From positions 1-50,870 of the forward strand of contig CAZNZK010000002.1 in NCBI GenBank assembly GCA_964577595.1: a stretch of 50,870 bases of DNA, written 5' to 3'. Numbering within the stretch: position 1 is the stretch's first letter; each line of letters opens with the position of its first letter. The notes under the pieces were generated by a model that saw only the letters and a list, made by a program, of their open reading frames with translations, was not told the DNA's origin and ran no database searches. Positions 17,767 to 27,414 of the stretch are shown here, piece by piece. The translations under genes were made by a program, and so were the position numbers. Origin of the DNA: an uncultured Candidatus Saccharibacteria bacterium. GTDB taxonomy: Bacteria; Patescibacteriota; Minisyncoccia; Phycocordibacterales; JAKAEA01.

Positions 17767-19209
17767 TTATTCTTTGCGCAAAAAAAGTGCTTCCTCGGGC
17801 ATTTTATTATCCGATACACATGCGGCTATTTTTTTAGCGGTTTCCGGCATGATTGGCCCCAAAAGAGTGGCAATAAGGGCGAGATCTGCTAATAATTCTT
17901 TGATGTTCTTTTCCGCGGCAGGCCTGTCTTCTTTTATTTTTTTAAACGGCTGATTGGTTTGGATACTCTGGTCGGCAGCCGCCACAATCCCCCACACCAA
18001 ATCCATCGCCATTTTTATATTATATTCAGCAAACGCCTCCTGATAATGCTTCGCGATATTCTTCGCGACAGAGCCTCCGGATTTCGAATCAAACACGACT
18101 CCGTTTACCGTCGCCATTTTCATCACCCGGCTCACTAAATTACCCAGGCCGTTAGCCAAATTAGCATTGTAAGCGGCTTTAAATGTTTCCACCGTAAGCT
18201 CACCATCTTCAAAAGGGCTTATTTCCCGGGCAAAATAGTAACGCACCGCCTCCGCGCCATATTCGGCGATTAAATCGGCCGGGTCAATAACGTTTCCGAG
18301 TGATTTACTCATCTTTTTGCCACCGGAAAGAATAAAACCGTGCACAAAAATACTTTTAGGCAGAGGCAAACCGGCAGAAAGAAGCATGGCTGGCCAAATG
18401 GCGGCATGGAAACGAAGAATGTCTTTGCCGATAATATGCATATCGGCGGGCCAGAACTTTTTGAATGTGCTTTCGTCGACACTGCCGTAGCCGAGGGCGG
18501 AAATATAATTTACGAGAGCGTCACACCACACATAAATGACCTGCTCCGAATCGCCGGGCACGGGAATACCGTGCGGGACTACTCCTTTGGGGCGCGAGAA
18601 ACTCACATCTTCCAAGCCGCGCTCCAAAAGAGCTAGAATTTCGTTGCGACGCGTTTCTGGAACGATAGCCAACTCACCGGAACTAATGACATTTTTAATC
18701 TGATCCGTGTATTTTGAAAGCCGAAAAAAGTAATTTTGCTCTTTGATTTTTTCAGCGACAATGCCGTGAATCGGGCATTTGCCGCCTATCAGATCTTTTT
18801 CCGTGTAAAAAGCTTCGCACTCGCGACAATACAAGCCTTCATACTCATGTTTGTAGATATCACCAGCCTCAACGAGCTTTTGCCACATTTTCTGCGCTCC
18901 CGGCCAGTGCTGTTTTTGGTCGGTAGTACGGATAAATTGGTCGTAGGAAATACCCAGCGCGGCGTGTAAAACCTTAAAATTAGCGGTAATTTCGTCCAAA
19001 AAAGCCGGCAAGTCCTTCCCTGCCGCCGCGGCGGCCTTCACAACCTTGCCGGTATTTTCATCGGTACCGGTCAGGAAATAGGTCGCGTCACCTTGCGCAC
19101 GATGATAGCGGGCGAAAATATCACAAAGTGTGGCAGTGTAGGCGTGACCCAAATGCGGTCGAGCGTTTGGATAGAAAATCGGACTGGTGACGTAAAACTT
19201 TTTTGCCAT
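17767..19209 (-). CDS. metG: Methionine--tRNA ligase (short form)
   Basis: FYPNARPHLGHAY, YVWCDALVNY, GKDILRFHA, KMSKS. Confidence 0.97.
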   Translation of the reverse strand: MAKKFYVTSPIFYPNARPHLGHAYTATLCDIFARYHRAQGDATYFLTGTDENTGKVVKAAAAAGKDLPAFLDEITANFKVLHAALGISYDQFIRTTDQKQHWPGAQKMWQKLVEAGDIYKHEYEGLYCRECEAFYTEKDLIGGKCPIHGIVAEKIKEQNYFFRLSKYTDQIKNVISSGELAIVPETRRNEILALLERGLEDVSFSRPKGVVPHGIPVPGDSEQVIYVWCDALVNYISALGYGSVDESTFKKFWPADMHIIGKDILRFHAAIWPAMLLSAGLPLPKSIFVHGFILSGGKKMSKSLGNVIDPADLIAEYGAEAVRYYFAREISPFEDGELTVETFKAAYNANLANGLGNLVSRVMKMATVNGVVFDSKSGGSVAKNIAKHYQEAFAEYNIKMAMDLVWGIVAAADQSIQTNQPFKKIKEDRPAAEKNIKELLADLALIATLLGPIMPETAKKIAACVSDNKMPEEALFLRKE

Positions 19210-19215
19210 TGTAAT

Positions 19216-20484
19216 TTAGAGATGTGTGTATGATTTGAGAACAGCGTCTTCGGGAAGCGGCCCAACGCCGGCCAGGTTTAATTTACTATCCAGAAAAAGC
19301 TCGTTGGCAACACGCTGAATATCGGCAGCTGTGATTTTATTGATTTTAGCAATAAGCTCCGCTGGCTTTTTCAGGCCTTGGCGCAGAATTTCCTGATGGC
19401 CAAAAAATTCGGCAATATGGTCGGAAGATTCGAGCTCCAAAAGCAGACCGCCCGCGATATATTGCTTGATTTTTACTAACTCTTCTTTGCCCACTAATTC
19501 AGTTTTAAGTTTTTTGAATTCCGCCAGAATAGCCTCAATTCCCTCTCCGACGCGTTTCGTATCACAGCCAAGCGACACGGAAAGAATGCCGTGGTCGGTA
19601 AGAGCGTCGTAACTAGCGCGCACGTAATAGCCAATGCCCATTTCTTCACGAAGGCGCTGAAACAGGCGAGAACTCATGCCGCCGCCCAAAATTGAAGTGA
19701 GGACCTCCGCCGCCACTTGGTTTTTATGACCAACAGGATAGCCACGCACCCCAAGCACAATATGACTTTGGTCGGTTGGGCGATGCTCAACAATAATAGC
19801 AGGTGCCTTTTGCTCCTCAACAACCGCCAACTTCGTACTCTTTTTGGTTTTATTCACACCAGCGAGCGCTTTCTTCAAAAGGCCGATGACTTTGGCCTGG
19901 TTGAAACCGCCCGCCACAATAATGGTGGTAGCCTTAGCGACATAGTGTTCAGCATGATAAGCCAGAAAATTTTCGCGCGTAAATGAACGCACGGTTTCTT
20001 TTGTGCCGGCAATGCTCCAACCTGCGGGCTGATCGCCATAGAGCGCTTTCATGAAGAGTTCCTGCACATGACGCTGGGGCATGTCACGATACATATTAAT
20101 TTCCTCCACGATCACACCCTTCTCCTTTTCAATTTCCGCGGCAGGAAAGGTTGAGTTGAGGTAAATGTCGCTCACGACGTCCACAAGCTTCTCCACGTGG
20201 TTTTTAGCCGCTTTAGCCCAGTAGCCTGTGAATTCCTCGGACGTAAAAGCGTTATATTGAGCCCCTAAAGTATCTAATTCACGGCTAATATCCTTGGCCG
20301 CCGGACGCTTCTCCGTGCCCTTAAAGCACATGTGTTCCAAAAAATGTGAAAGGCCACTCGTCTGCTTATTTTCATATTTTGAACCCACTTCCACCATCGC
20401 CAGCACCGTCACCGTGGGTGCGTCCTTCATAGGCACCGTAATAATTCGCAAGCCATTCGGTAATACCGTTCGTTTAATGTTCAT
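19216..20484 (-). CDS. M16 family zinc peptidase
   Basis: HFLEH inverted zinc motif, NAFTS.E.T.Y, LGGGMSSRLF..LRE. Start placed at MNIKRT. Confidence 0.93.
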   Translation of the reverse strand: MNIKRTVLPNGLRIITVPMKDAPTVTVLAMVEVGSKYENKQTSGLSHFLEHMCFKGTEKRPAAKDISRELDTLGAQYNAFTSEEFTGYWAKAAKNHVEKLVDVVSDIYLNSTFPAAEIEKEKGVIVEEINMYRDMPQRHVQELFMKALYGDQPAGWSIAGTKETVRSFTRENFLAYHAEHYVAKATTIIVAGGFNQAKVIGLLKKALAGVNKTKKSTKLAVVEEQKAPAIIVEHRPTDQSHIVLGVRGYPVGHKNQVAAEVLTSILGGGMSSRLFQRLREEMGIGYYVRASYDALTDHGILSVSLGCDTKRVGEGIEAILAEFKKLKTELVGKEELVKIKQYIAGGLLLELESSDHIAEFFGHQEILRQGLKKPAELIAKINKITAADIQRVANELFLDSKLNLAGVGPLPEDAVLKSYTHL

Positions 20485-20597
20485 AGGCAGAAGTGTAGCG
20501 GAAAAACCGCCAAATGAAAAGGCGACGCAAGAGTTGCAAAAATTCCACATTTCATTAGTATGCAGAGAGAATTCACAGAACATTTTGGAGGTATTAC

Positions 20598-21257
20598 ATG
20601 AAAAAACCCAGAATATTGGTTTTTGCTTCGGGGACTCCCGAGGGCGGCGGTTCAGGCTTTCAAGAACTCTTCAGGGCATCAGAAATTGGAGAACTGAATG
20701 CCAAGATTGTCGGCGTCGTTTCCAACCACAAGGATGGTGGCGTGCGCCGGCGAGCCAAGGCGCTAAAGGTACCCTTCAGGCACTTCCCCGGACCATGGGA
20801 TGCCAAAGGTTATGAATGGCTGGCAAAAGATTCACACGCCGACTTCTTCGCCCTTTCCGGCTGGCTTAAAAAAGTGGAGGGGCTTGACCCGAAGACCAAG
20901 TTCAATTCACAAACAGTCTTCGATATCAACCCTGGCCCCTTGCCGGCGTTTGGCGGGCCCGGCATGTATGGCCACCACGTGCACGAAGCCGTCATGCAGG
21001 CATACCAGCTCGGCGAACTCACCCACTCCGAAGTGTGTATGCATTTCGTTACGGGCGAATATGACCGCGGCCCAGTTTTCTTCCGCATCCGGGAAAAAAT
21101 CCGGCCTGACGACACGCCCGAAACCCTTGGTGCGCGCGTTAACAAGTTGGAACACGCCTACCAATCAGCCATCACCAAAATGGTCGTCTCTGGCCAAATC
21201 ACATGGGATGGCATTCACCCCGAATCCCTAGTAGTGCCCGAGGGTGTGTCACGCTAA
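20598..21257 (+). CDS. purN: Phosphoribosylglycinamide formyltransferase-like protein with an altered active-site motif
   Basis: VFASG...GS, VVSN, LSGW, PGPLP.FGG.GMYG..VHEAV, HFV...YD.GP; the NIH motif reads DIN. Confidence 0.85.
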   Translation: MKKPRILVFASGTPEGGGSGFQELFRASEIGELNAKIVGVVSNHKDGGVRRRAKALKVPFRHFPGPWDAKGYEWLAKDSHADFFALSGWLKKVEGLDPKTKFNSQTVFDINPGPLPAFGGPGMYGHHVHEAVMQAYQLGELTHSEVCMHFVTGEYDRGPVFFRIREKIRPDDTPETLGARVNKLEHAYQSAITKMVVSGQITWDGIHPESLVVPEGVSR

Positions 21258-21283
21258 GGAAACTAAGACAAATCCCCAACCAC

Positions 21284-21310
21284 AAGCGATTCCACCAGGA
21301 ATCGCTTTTT
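21284..21310 (+). terminator. Intrinsic terminator after purN
   Basis: AAGCGATTCC-ACCA-GGAATCGCTT-TTT. Confidence 0.8.
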
Positions 21311-21432
21311 TCTTGCTTTTAGAGCAATTTCCCGTAGTATAACCTCCGGAAAGCACCTATTGTAGGTGCTTATTGTTTATGTTTTTTGTCAATTTTTGTC
21401 AGAAAAAATCAAGGCACTGAAAGGAGCCTCTC

Positions 21433-21833
21433 ATGATTACTAGTTTCTTCCGTTTGCTAGCAGGTAATGCTGAGGAGCGTTTCTATGTTGAGACGTCCGC
21501 CCTACTCAATACTGAGGAGCTTGAAAAACTCCGAGGACTCATCGCCGACCCCGCTGAACCAAAAAGAGTCCAACCAGTATCCTTCTACGCACTGGTGGAT
21601 GATGATTCCACTTCGATCGTGGAAATCGGGCCGCGTCTCAACTTTGAGACACCCGACTCTTCCAACGCACTGGCAATCTGCCGGCACATTGGTTTGACGA
21701 CGTGCGTCACCCGCTTAGAACAGGCGGTGCGCTACCCCACCGACAGCGTGGCGATGCAACAACGAGTAATCGCCGAGCATCGTGACCTCATGACCCAGGA
21801 TGTCTACCCGAACGGAATCGTTTCGTTTTCTTT
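21433..21833 (+). pseudogene. purL: N-terminal fragment of a large-type FGAM synthase
   Basis: VEIGPRLNF.T..S.NA..IC...GL....RLE...RY and H.D.MT..VY...I.SF match the N-terminus of large PurL; similarity ends after ~133 aa and the ORF runs on, antisense to the toxin gene, to 21999. Confidence 0.75.
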
Positions 21834-21856
21834 GGGAAACTACTCGAAAATTCATA

Positions 21857-22117
21857 CTATAGTCGGTCATATACAGAATGATCGCCTACTTCGTGAAAAT
21901 AGATCACATTATAATCAAATTCAAAAATTATTCTGTATTTATAACCCACAGAAAAAGACCAAAGATTTCCAGAACCTCCTTGTAATTTGTGAGTCTTGAG
22001 ACGAGAATCAAACGGATCTTGCCTTAACAGATTTTCTTTCTCTTTTACTAAATCTTTTAGAGTTTTACTGAGTTTTTTGTATATCCTACTGAAATGAGGA
22101 GTATATATAATTTGCAC
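21857..22117 (-). CDS. RelE/ParE-family type II toxin
   Basis: I.YT..F.R..KKL, DPF...LKTHKL.G....WSFSV...YRIIF, F..VG.H.VY. Confidence 0.85.
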   Translation of the reverse strand: MQIIYTPHFSRIYKKLSKTLKDLVKEKENLLRQDPFDSRLKTHKLQGGSGNLWSFSVGYKYRIIFEFDYNVIYFHEVGDHSVYDRL

Positions 22118-22332
22118 TAATCAAGATCTTTGAGGGAGTGTAGAATTTTACCCTTTCCAGCTTTTATTTCCTTTTGGCTTTGGCGAATACCACGCATAAG
22201 TTGCTGATACTTGTACTCACGCCATATATGCCTAAAAAACTCGCTTATTGAGGCAAAATTCTCTTCTTTAGCGGCCGATTCGACCTCTTTTTTGGTTTCG
22301 GCCGGCAAGGATATATTAATGATGTTTCTCAT
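22117..22332 (-). CDS. Ribbon-helix-helix antitoxin
   Basis: IINISLP......V...AKEE....ISEFFR RHH pattern; stop overlaps the toxin start. Confidence 0.8.
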   Translation of the reverse strand: MRNIINISLPAETKKEVESAAKEENFASISEFFRHIWREYKYQQLMRGIRQSQKEIKAGKGKILHSLKDLD

Positions 22333-22350
22333 GGTAGTTGTGATAATACA

Positions 22351-22406
22351 TGTAACAATTTGTAATACACTTTGTTACAGTATACATCCCTGAAAATAAT
22401 CGTCAA
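22351..22406 (-). promoter_or_regulatory. Toxin-antitoxin promoter with palindromic operator
   Basis: TTGACG-16 nt-TATACT at 22406-22379; inverted repeat TGTAACAA...TTGTTACA at 22351-22379 covers the predicted start site. Confidence 0.7.
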
Positions 22407-22451
22407 ATACCTCCCCGCGCGTTCCCTGAGCCGCAAGCATAGCAGAGAGGT

Positions 22452-22491
22452 GTTAAAATTCTCATCAATTTTTCCTAAAGGATTTCTTAAG
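22452..22491 (-). repeat. Dispersed intergenic repeat, copy E
   Basis: 22452-22479 is 27/28 identical to 7561-7588. Confidence 0.85.
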
Positions 22492-23494
22492 GTAGTAGCT
22501 CTTTTATGCAATCTGCGTTCAATGTATACGCCCTTATAAACGAATCGTCCACGTGTGCGTACAAAATCCCCTGCCCCTTCCCTGTTTCCACGAATTGGCT
22601 GGCGAAAGTAATAGTTTTCGCCTCAGTATCCTGAATGAAGAGCTTGGGCGATACCCAGTCTATCCTTCCATTTTCATAATCATAAATGAACAGGCCAACG
22701 GAAAACATGCCGTAGACGGTTTTGTCGCCGATTTTCCGGTTGGCCTCTCTACCATTAATGAGGCCGGCGAGTTTGCCTTCGCCGACATCAATAAACTCTT
22801 TTGAAAAAAGCGGCCCAGGTGAAGCATGGCCGGCTATCCAAGGAATGTCGTGCTCTTTAGGGTGAAACGCAATATCGCCAAATTTCCATGGTTTACCCAT
22901 ATCTTCAGCAATAGCTAGCCGTATCACGGAATAATTAAAGTCGGATTCTTTTTTACTCGATTCAACTAAGTTGAAACGAAGACCCTTTTTATTGATTGGC
23001 ACAACAGATAATTCTTTAGCACCACCGATTGTGTCTGCCCGAAGAACAGGCTCGGTCATTTCTAAAGAATCGAGGTTTCTTCCAACAGCATGTCCGAGAT
23101 GAATTTCGTTTTTACTAAAATTAGTTTTGTTTATTAAAGGCAACGTAAAATAAAGATGCAGTAAATTATTTTTAGTATCTATCCAAATATCCGGGTCCTC
23201 TAGGCCGATATATTCCAAGCCTGGTTTTATAAGTCGGCTTAGTACATCGGTTTCTCCGATGATATTTAGTTTCTCCCCTATTTCGAAATGCTCCAAAGAA
23301 TTGCCAGTGACTTTACGGAGCTCGCTATGGTCAACGATGCCACTGACGGCCACATCACCCTCACGATGCGTAATACAACGCACCACGCCCTCCTTGTAGC
23401 CGCTACGCGGATCAAGGGCAATAGCCATCACATGCGTGAATTTTTTGTCCGTATCTATTACCCTACCCTCATGTTGGATATAGGATTTTTTCAC
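22487..23494 (-). CDS. Probable beta-propeller glycosidase/phosphorylase-like protein (GH130/GH43-like)
   Basis: GLEDPD, repeated beta-blade segments, TITFASQF, LYAHVDDSFI; more AT-rich than the neighbours. Family assignment tentative. Confidence 0.45.
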   Translation of the reverse strand: MKKSYIQHEGRVIDTDKKFTHVMAIALDPRSGYKEGVVRCITHREGDVAVSGIVDHSELRKVTGNSLEHFEIGEKLNIIGETDVLSRLIKPGLEYIGLEDPDIWIDTKNNLLHLYFTLPLINKTNFSKNEIHLGHAVGRNLDSLEMTEPVLRADTIGGAKELSVVPINKKGLRFNLVESSKKESDFNYSVIRLAIAEDMGKPWKFGDIAFHPKEHDIPWIAGHASPGPLFSKEFIDVGEGKLAGLINGREANRKIGDKTVYGMFSVGLFIYDYENGRIDWVSPKLFIQDTEAKTITFASQFVETGKGQGILYAHVDDSFIRAYTLNADCIKELLP

Positions 23495-23500
23495 AATTCT

Positions 23501-24847
23501 CTAGAAAATTGTTTTGGCGATTTCGTCAATTTTAATGCGACTTTGCGAGCCGGTGTCGCGGTCGCGCAAGGTTACGGTTTCGTCTTCAAGGGTCTGAAAA
23601 TCCACAGTAATGCACCACGGCGTGCCTATTTCATCCTGGCGGCGGTAACGCTTGCCGATATTACCGTTGTCGTCAAAAGCGATTCTAGCGCTTAAGCCAG
23701 CGCTCTTTTTGTGCTCACGGAGCTTGGCGTAGACTTCCCTAGCCTTTTCAACGAGCGGTGGTTTGTTCTTCAAAAGTGGGAACACAGCAACCGTGACTGG
23801 AGCAACGGCTTCGGCGAGTTTCAAGAAAACACGCGTTTCGCCACCGAGTGTATCTTCGGTGTAGGCATCAGTCAAAATTGCCAAAACAGTACGGTCTACG
23901 CCAAAAGAGGGCTCAATAACATGCGGCACGAATTTTCGCTTCTCTAAATCCTTTTCAGCTTCGTCAAAATATTCCAATGAAACACCACTGCCCTTGGCGT
24001 GCGCCTCCAAATCAAAACTAGCACGGTAGACCAAGCCGTAAAGCTCCTTGCGACCGAAAGGATACTCAAATTCAAAATCAATAGTGCGCTTGGAATAATG
24101 GGCTAAGTCGCCAGGAGCGATTTCAAGCTCGTGCACTTTTTCACGGCGCAAGCCAATAGCTTCCGTCCAGGCCAACATGAGCTTGCGGAATTCTTCAAAA
24201 TGGCGCTCCCAATCATTGGCACGCACGAAATATTCAATTTCCATTTGCTCAAATTCACGCGAACGGAAGAGAAAGTCGCGCGGAGCGATTTCATTGCGAA
24301 AAGCCTTGCCTATCTGTGCCAAACCGAAGGGCAAGCTTGGATGAAAGGAGTCCACCACATTTTTGAAATTCACAAACATGCCCTGCGCCGTTTCGGGACG
24401 CAAATACGAAACAGAAGCTTCGTCAACGGCCGCGCCAACGCTCGTTTGGAACATCATATTAAATTGCTTCACCTCGCCGAGCTTGCCGCCGCAGTCGGGG
24501 CACTTTTTCGCGTCAGCCAAGTGGTCGGCCCGAAAACGGTGATGACACTTGGAACACTCCACCAGAGGGTCGGCAAAACCACCCACGTGGCCGCTGGCCT
24601 TCCACACGTTTTGATTCATTAAAATGGCCGCGTCTATGCCATACATATCCTCGCGCTCCTCCACGAACATTTGCCACCAAAGCTGTTTCAGATTGTTTTT
24701 GAGCGCCACGCCGAGCGGGCCGTAATCCCAGGTGCCAGCCAAGCCGCCGTAAATTTCCGATCCCTGATAAATAAAACCGCGCCGCTTGGCCAACGAAATT
24801 ATTTTTTCCATTATGTCGTTCTGTTTATTATTTTGGGAATTTTCCAT
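23501..24847 (-). CDS. glyQS: Glycine--tRNA ligase, alpha2 type
   Basis: YLRPETAQG.F.NF, FGLAQIGKAFRNEI.PR.F.FR.REFEQME, GNIGKRYRRQDEIGTP. Confidence 0.97.
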   Translation of the reverse strand: MENSQNNKQNDIMEKIISLAKRRGFIYQGSEIYGGLAGTWDYGPLGVALKNNLKQLWWQMFVEEREDMYGIDAAILMNQNVWKASGHVGGFADPLVECSKCHHRFRADHLADAKKCPDCGGKLGEVKQFNMMFQTSVGAAVDEASVSYLRPETAQGMFVNFKNVVDSFHPSLPFGLAQIGKAFRNEIAPRDFLFRSREFEQMEIEYFVRANDWERHFEEFRKLMLAWTEAIGLRREKVHELEIAPGDLAHYSKRTIDFEFEYPFGRKELYGLVYRASFDLEAHAKGSGVSLEYFDEAEKDLEKRKFVPHVIEPSFGVDRTVLAILTDAYTEDTLGGETRVFLKLAEAVAPVTVAVFPLLKNKPPLVEKAREVYAKLREHKKSAGLSARIAFDDNGNIGKRYRRQDEIGTPWCITVDFQTLEDETVTLRDRDTGSQSRIKIDEIAKTIF

Positions 24848-24859
24848 GGGATTTTCTGA

Positions 24860-26779
24860 TTATTGAACAAAACCGTTGCTATTGCCGTATGTTGGATCGC
24901 TGGGAACAGCGGTGGTAAGCGTGCTCCCGGGAGTAGTAACGGGAACATTCACGAATGCGTCGGTGCCGGTAAAGCCAATATTCTCTACGGTATCGGGCGC
25001 AGTGCCAACTTGGCTGGCCATCGGTGTTACCTGTATTTGGAAAGCTACGGAAGCAACCGGAGCGGCGCCACCGGCGGGCAGATCGCCCGGCTTCCAGGTA
25101 ATAACGTTCCTAGTAGCATCAAAAGTAACTGCGGCCGAAGCGGGGCTAATTTGGCCCAACCAGTGCACGTAGGGCGGCAAACTGGCCGTGACTGTGCCGC
25201 CAGAGACTATATTAGAGCTGTTGGTTAATGTCCAGACAACTGTGTAGGTGGTCGGCTGGTCTACTCTAGGCGGCACCGAGCCGGTATTGGTGAATGGGCC
25301 AGTGGAATAAACCGCCCGAGCAAGCAGACCAACAGCCGAAGCCAGGCGGGCACTCGCCTGGGCTGTGGCGGTTACCGGCGCGGCGTCACTAGTAGCACCA
25401 AGCTGTTGACCGCTGGCCGAAGCGGAAAAAGTGATTGAACCATTCTGCAGCGCGGCGAGCAGGTCGGCCGAAAGAGTATTAAACGCAAAATCAAGCGACA
25501 CTTGCTGGCCGGGATTAAGTTGCCCCAAAGCCGGCACAGAAAGCCGGTCCCAACTTAAAGTCTGCGTGGTTTGACGATAGAGGCCATTCTCTCCCGCATT
25601 CACACTGCCCGGGTCAAGGGCGTTGCCACCAACCTGCACGGAAATTTGGGTGTTAAGCAAACTAACAGGAAGATTGTTAGTGACCGTGAGCGTGCCATTA
25701 CCAAGGCCAGGGCTGACCACGGCCGTGCCACCGCTATTATTAAGCGAGAATGCCAAAGCCAGAGGCGAACGCTGAATAAGTAATGTTTGGTTAGCGGCCA
25801 AGTAGATGATGCCAAGCGTTTTGGGATCGTTGGCACTTTGTGTGCCCACCAAAAAGCGCACTGTTTGCTGGTCGTTCTCCTGACCCTGCAAGTAGCCGGT
25901 AACGCTAATGGTTTGCGTGCTACTGGCGGCAATAGACGGGAAGAGCCATTCGGAATTACTATACACAGGTGTCGGTGTTGAGCTGGCAAACTGGAAACCG
26001 AACGGATACTGCGCCGTTACCAACACATTTTGCGGCGGATTGGTGGAATTAGCAGAGAGCGACAGTGTAAAAGTCACTGGCGCGCCGGCGGGCGTTTGAC
26101 TTGGCGCGTTGACGTTCAAAAGAAGCGGTGCGGAACTGATTTGCACATCGTAGACCTGCTCTTTTTTAAAAACACCGTTATTGTTGGGAATTGAATATTG
26201 AAGCGTGGCCGTTACTTCGCCAACGCTATGCTCGGCACCATAGAGCACCATGCGCACATCGTGTGTGGCGGAAGCTCCTGAGTCAATAGTATTTAAAGCG
26301 ACTGTTTCGTGGGTAAAAGCGGCCGAAGTATCGGTGGCTTCGGTTGCGCCCGAAGGATAATCTAAATAGAGCATCGCATTTTGAATGGGCCCAGGATTAT
26401 TATTTTGCACCACCACGCTGAAATCTAAATTACTGCCAGCGGCAATAGAAACAGGGCCGAGAAAAGAAATATCTACGGCACTGGCCGAAACTGTATTGAA
26501 ACCGCGATATACCACAATACCGGCTATGCCGAGGCAAAGCAGAAAAAAAGCCACGGCACCAATAAACACGGCCTTAAAGGGAAAATGACGGCCGGGCCGC
26601 TCGTTGGTGTCGCTAAACATTTCCTCGGTTCCCTGCCAGCGCCTAGGGCCGGAGCTGTCGTCACCAGCAAGCTTTGGTTTCGGGTAATTGGAAATATCCG
26701 GAAAATCCCGGGAATAAATGTCCTGGCCAAGCTGACCAAGCCGATTGTTTTGCGCGCCACCTTCAGGCTTTTGATCCAT
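24860..26779 (-). CDS. Membrane-anchored protein with tandem Ig-like (DUF11-like) domains
   Basis: One N-terminal TM helix followed by Ser/Thr/Gly-rich beta-sandwich repeats; TGGTATAAT 7 nt before the MDQKPE start. Confidence 0.6.
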   Translation of the reverse strand: MDQKPEGGAQNNRLGQLGQDIYSRDFPDISNYPKPKLAGDDSSGPRRWQGTEEMFSDTNERPGRHFPFKAVFIGAVAFFLLCLGIAGIVVYRGFNTVSASAVDISFLGPVSIAAGSNLDFSVVVQNNNPGPIQNAMLYLDYPSGATEATDTSAAFTHETVALNTIDSGASATHDVRMVLYGAEHSVGEVTATLQYSIPNNNGVFKKEQVYDVQISSAPLLLNVNAPSQTPAGAPVTFTLSLSANSTNPPQNVLVTAQYPFGFQFASSTPTPVYSNSEWLFPSIAASSTQTISVTGYLQGQENDQQTVRFLVGTQSANDPKTLGIIYLAANQTLLIQRSPLALAFSLNNSGGTAVVSPGLGNGTLTVTNNLPVSLLNTQISVQVGGNALDPGSVNAGENGLYRQTTQTLSWDRLSVPALGQLNPGQQVSLDFAFNTLSADLLAALQNGSITFSASASGQQLGATSDAAPVTATAQASARLASAVGLLARAVYSTGPFTNTGSVPPRVDQPTTYTVVWTLTNSSNIVSGGTVTASLPPYVHWLGQISPASAAVTFDATRNVITWKPGDLPAGGAAPVASVAFQIQVTPMASQVGTAPDTVENIGFTGTDAFVNVPVTTPGSTLTTAVPSDPTYGNSNGFVQ

Positions 26780-26823
26780 TACTGAAATTATACCACGACC
26801 GAATGGTATAAATACCACGAAGA

Positions 26824-27414
26824 CTATAATTGCGACTCTTTGAGAGAAAAATTGATAGCGGCGAGAATTTTTCGGCGGTTGACGCGAGCCGATTCTAACT
26901 GTTCAGGGCTAACACTACCGGAAAGGAACGGGGTCAAAGACGGCTCGGCACCGACATAGCCGAGGTGGTATAACATGCGCAAGACGACGATTTGTTCAAA
27001 AAGCGGAAGACTCTCGGCGGAAAGTTGGTGCTCGCCAAGAAACCGAAGAGCCGAAGCGACCTCATTATAGAGCGCCTCCGTTTTTTCTTCACCGGGCACT
27101 AAGCGAATAATCAAACGAAAAACCCTGGCGACCATTTCCATCGCTGGTTTATTTGCCCGTTCGCGCCAAAAGATATTCTCCCCCGCCGAAGCGTTTGTGA
27201 CGCGCCAAATGTCGCGCCCGCGCACCAGCGACACTGAAAGCGCGGAAAATTCCTGAAGCGCGTAGCGCAATTTTGATTCACCCCGCCGCACCCCCGTTGC
27301 CGTCGCTCGAATAACCCCAAACTCCGAAGTAAAAATGGTGTAACGCCTGTCGGCCTCCCTACCAGGCAAGCTCTCTAAAACTATAGCCGGCGTGGTGTAT
27401 ATATGGTGCGACAT
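26824..27414 (-). CDS. recO: DNA repair protein RecO
   Basis: EADRRY.IFT...G.I.A.A.GVR..SKL...LQ.F; start overlaps the ileS stop. Confidence 0.85.
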   Translation of the reverse strand: MSHHIYTTPAIVLESLPGREADRRYTIFTSEFGVIRATATGVRRGESKLRYALQEFSALSVSLVRGRDIWRVTNASAGENIFWRERANKPAMEMVARVFRLIIRLVPGEEKTEALYNEVASALRFLGEHQLSAESLPLFEQIVVLRMLYHLGYVGAEPSLTPFLSGSVSPEQLESARVNRRKILAAINFSLKESQL

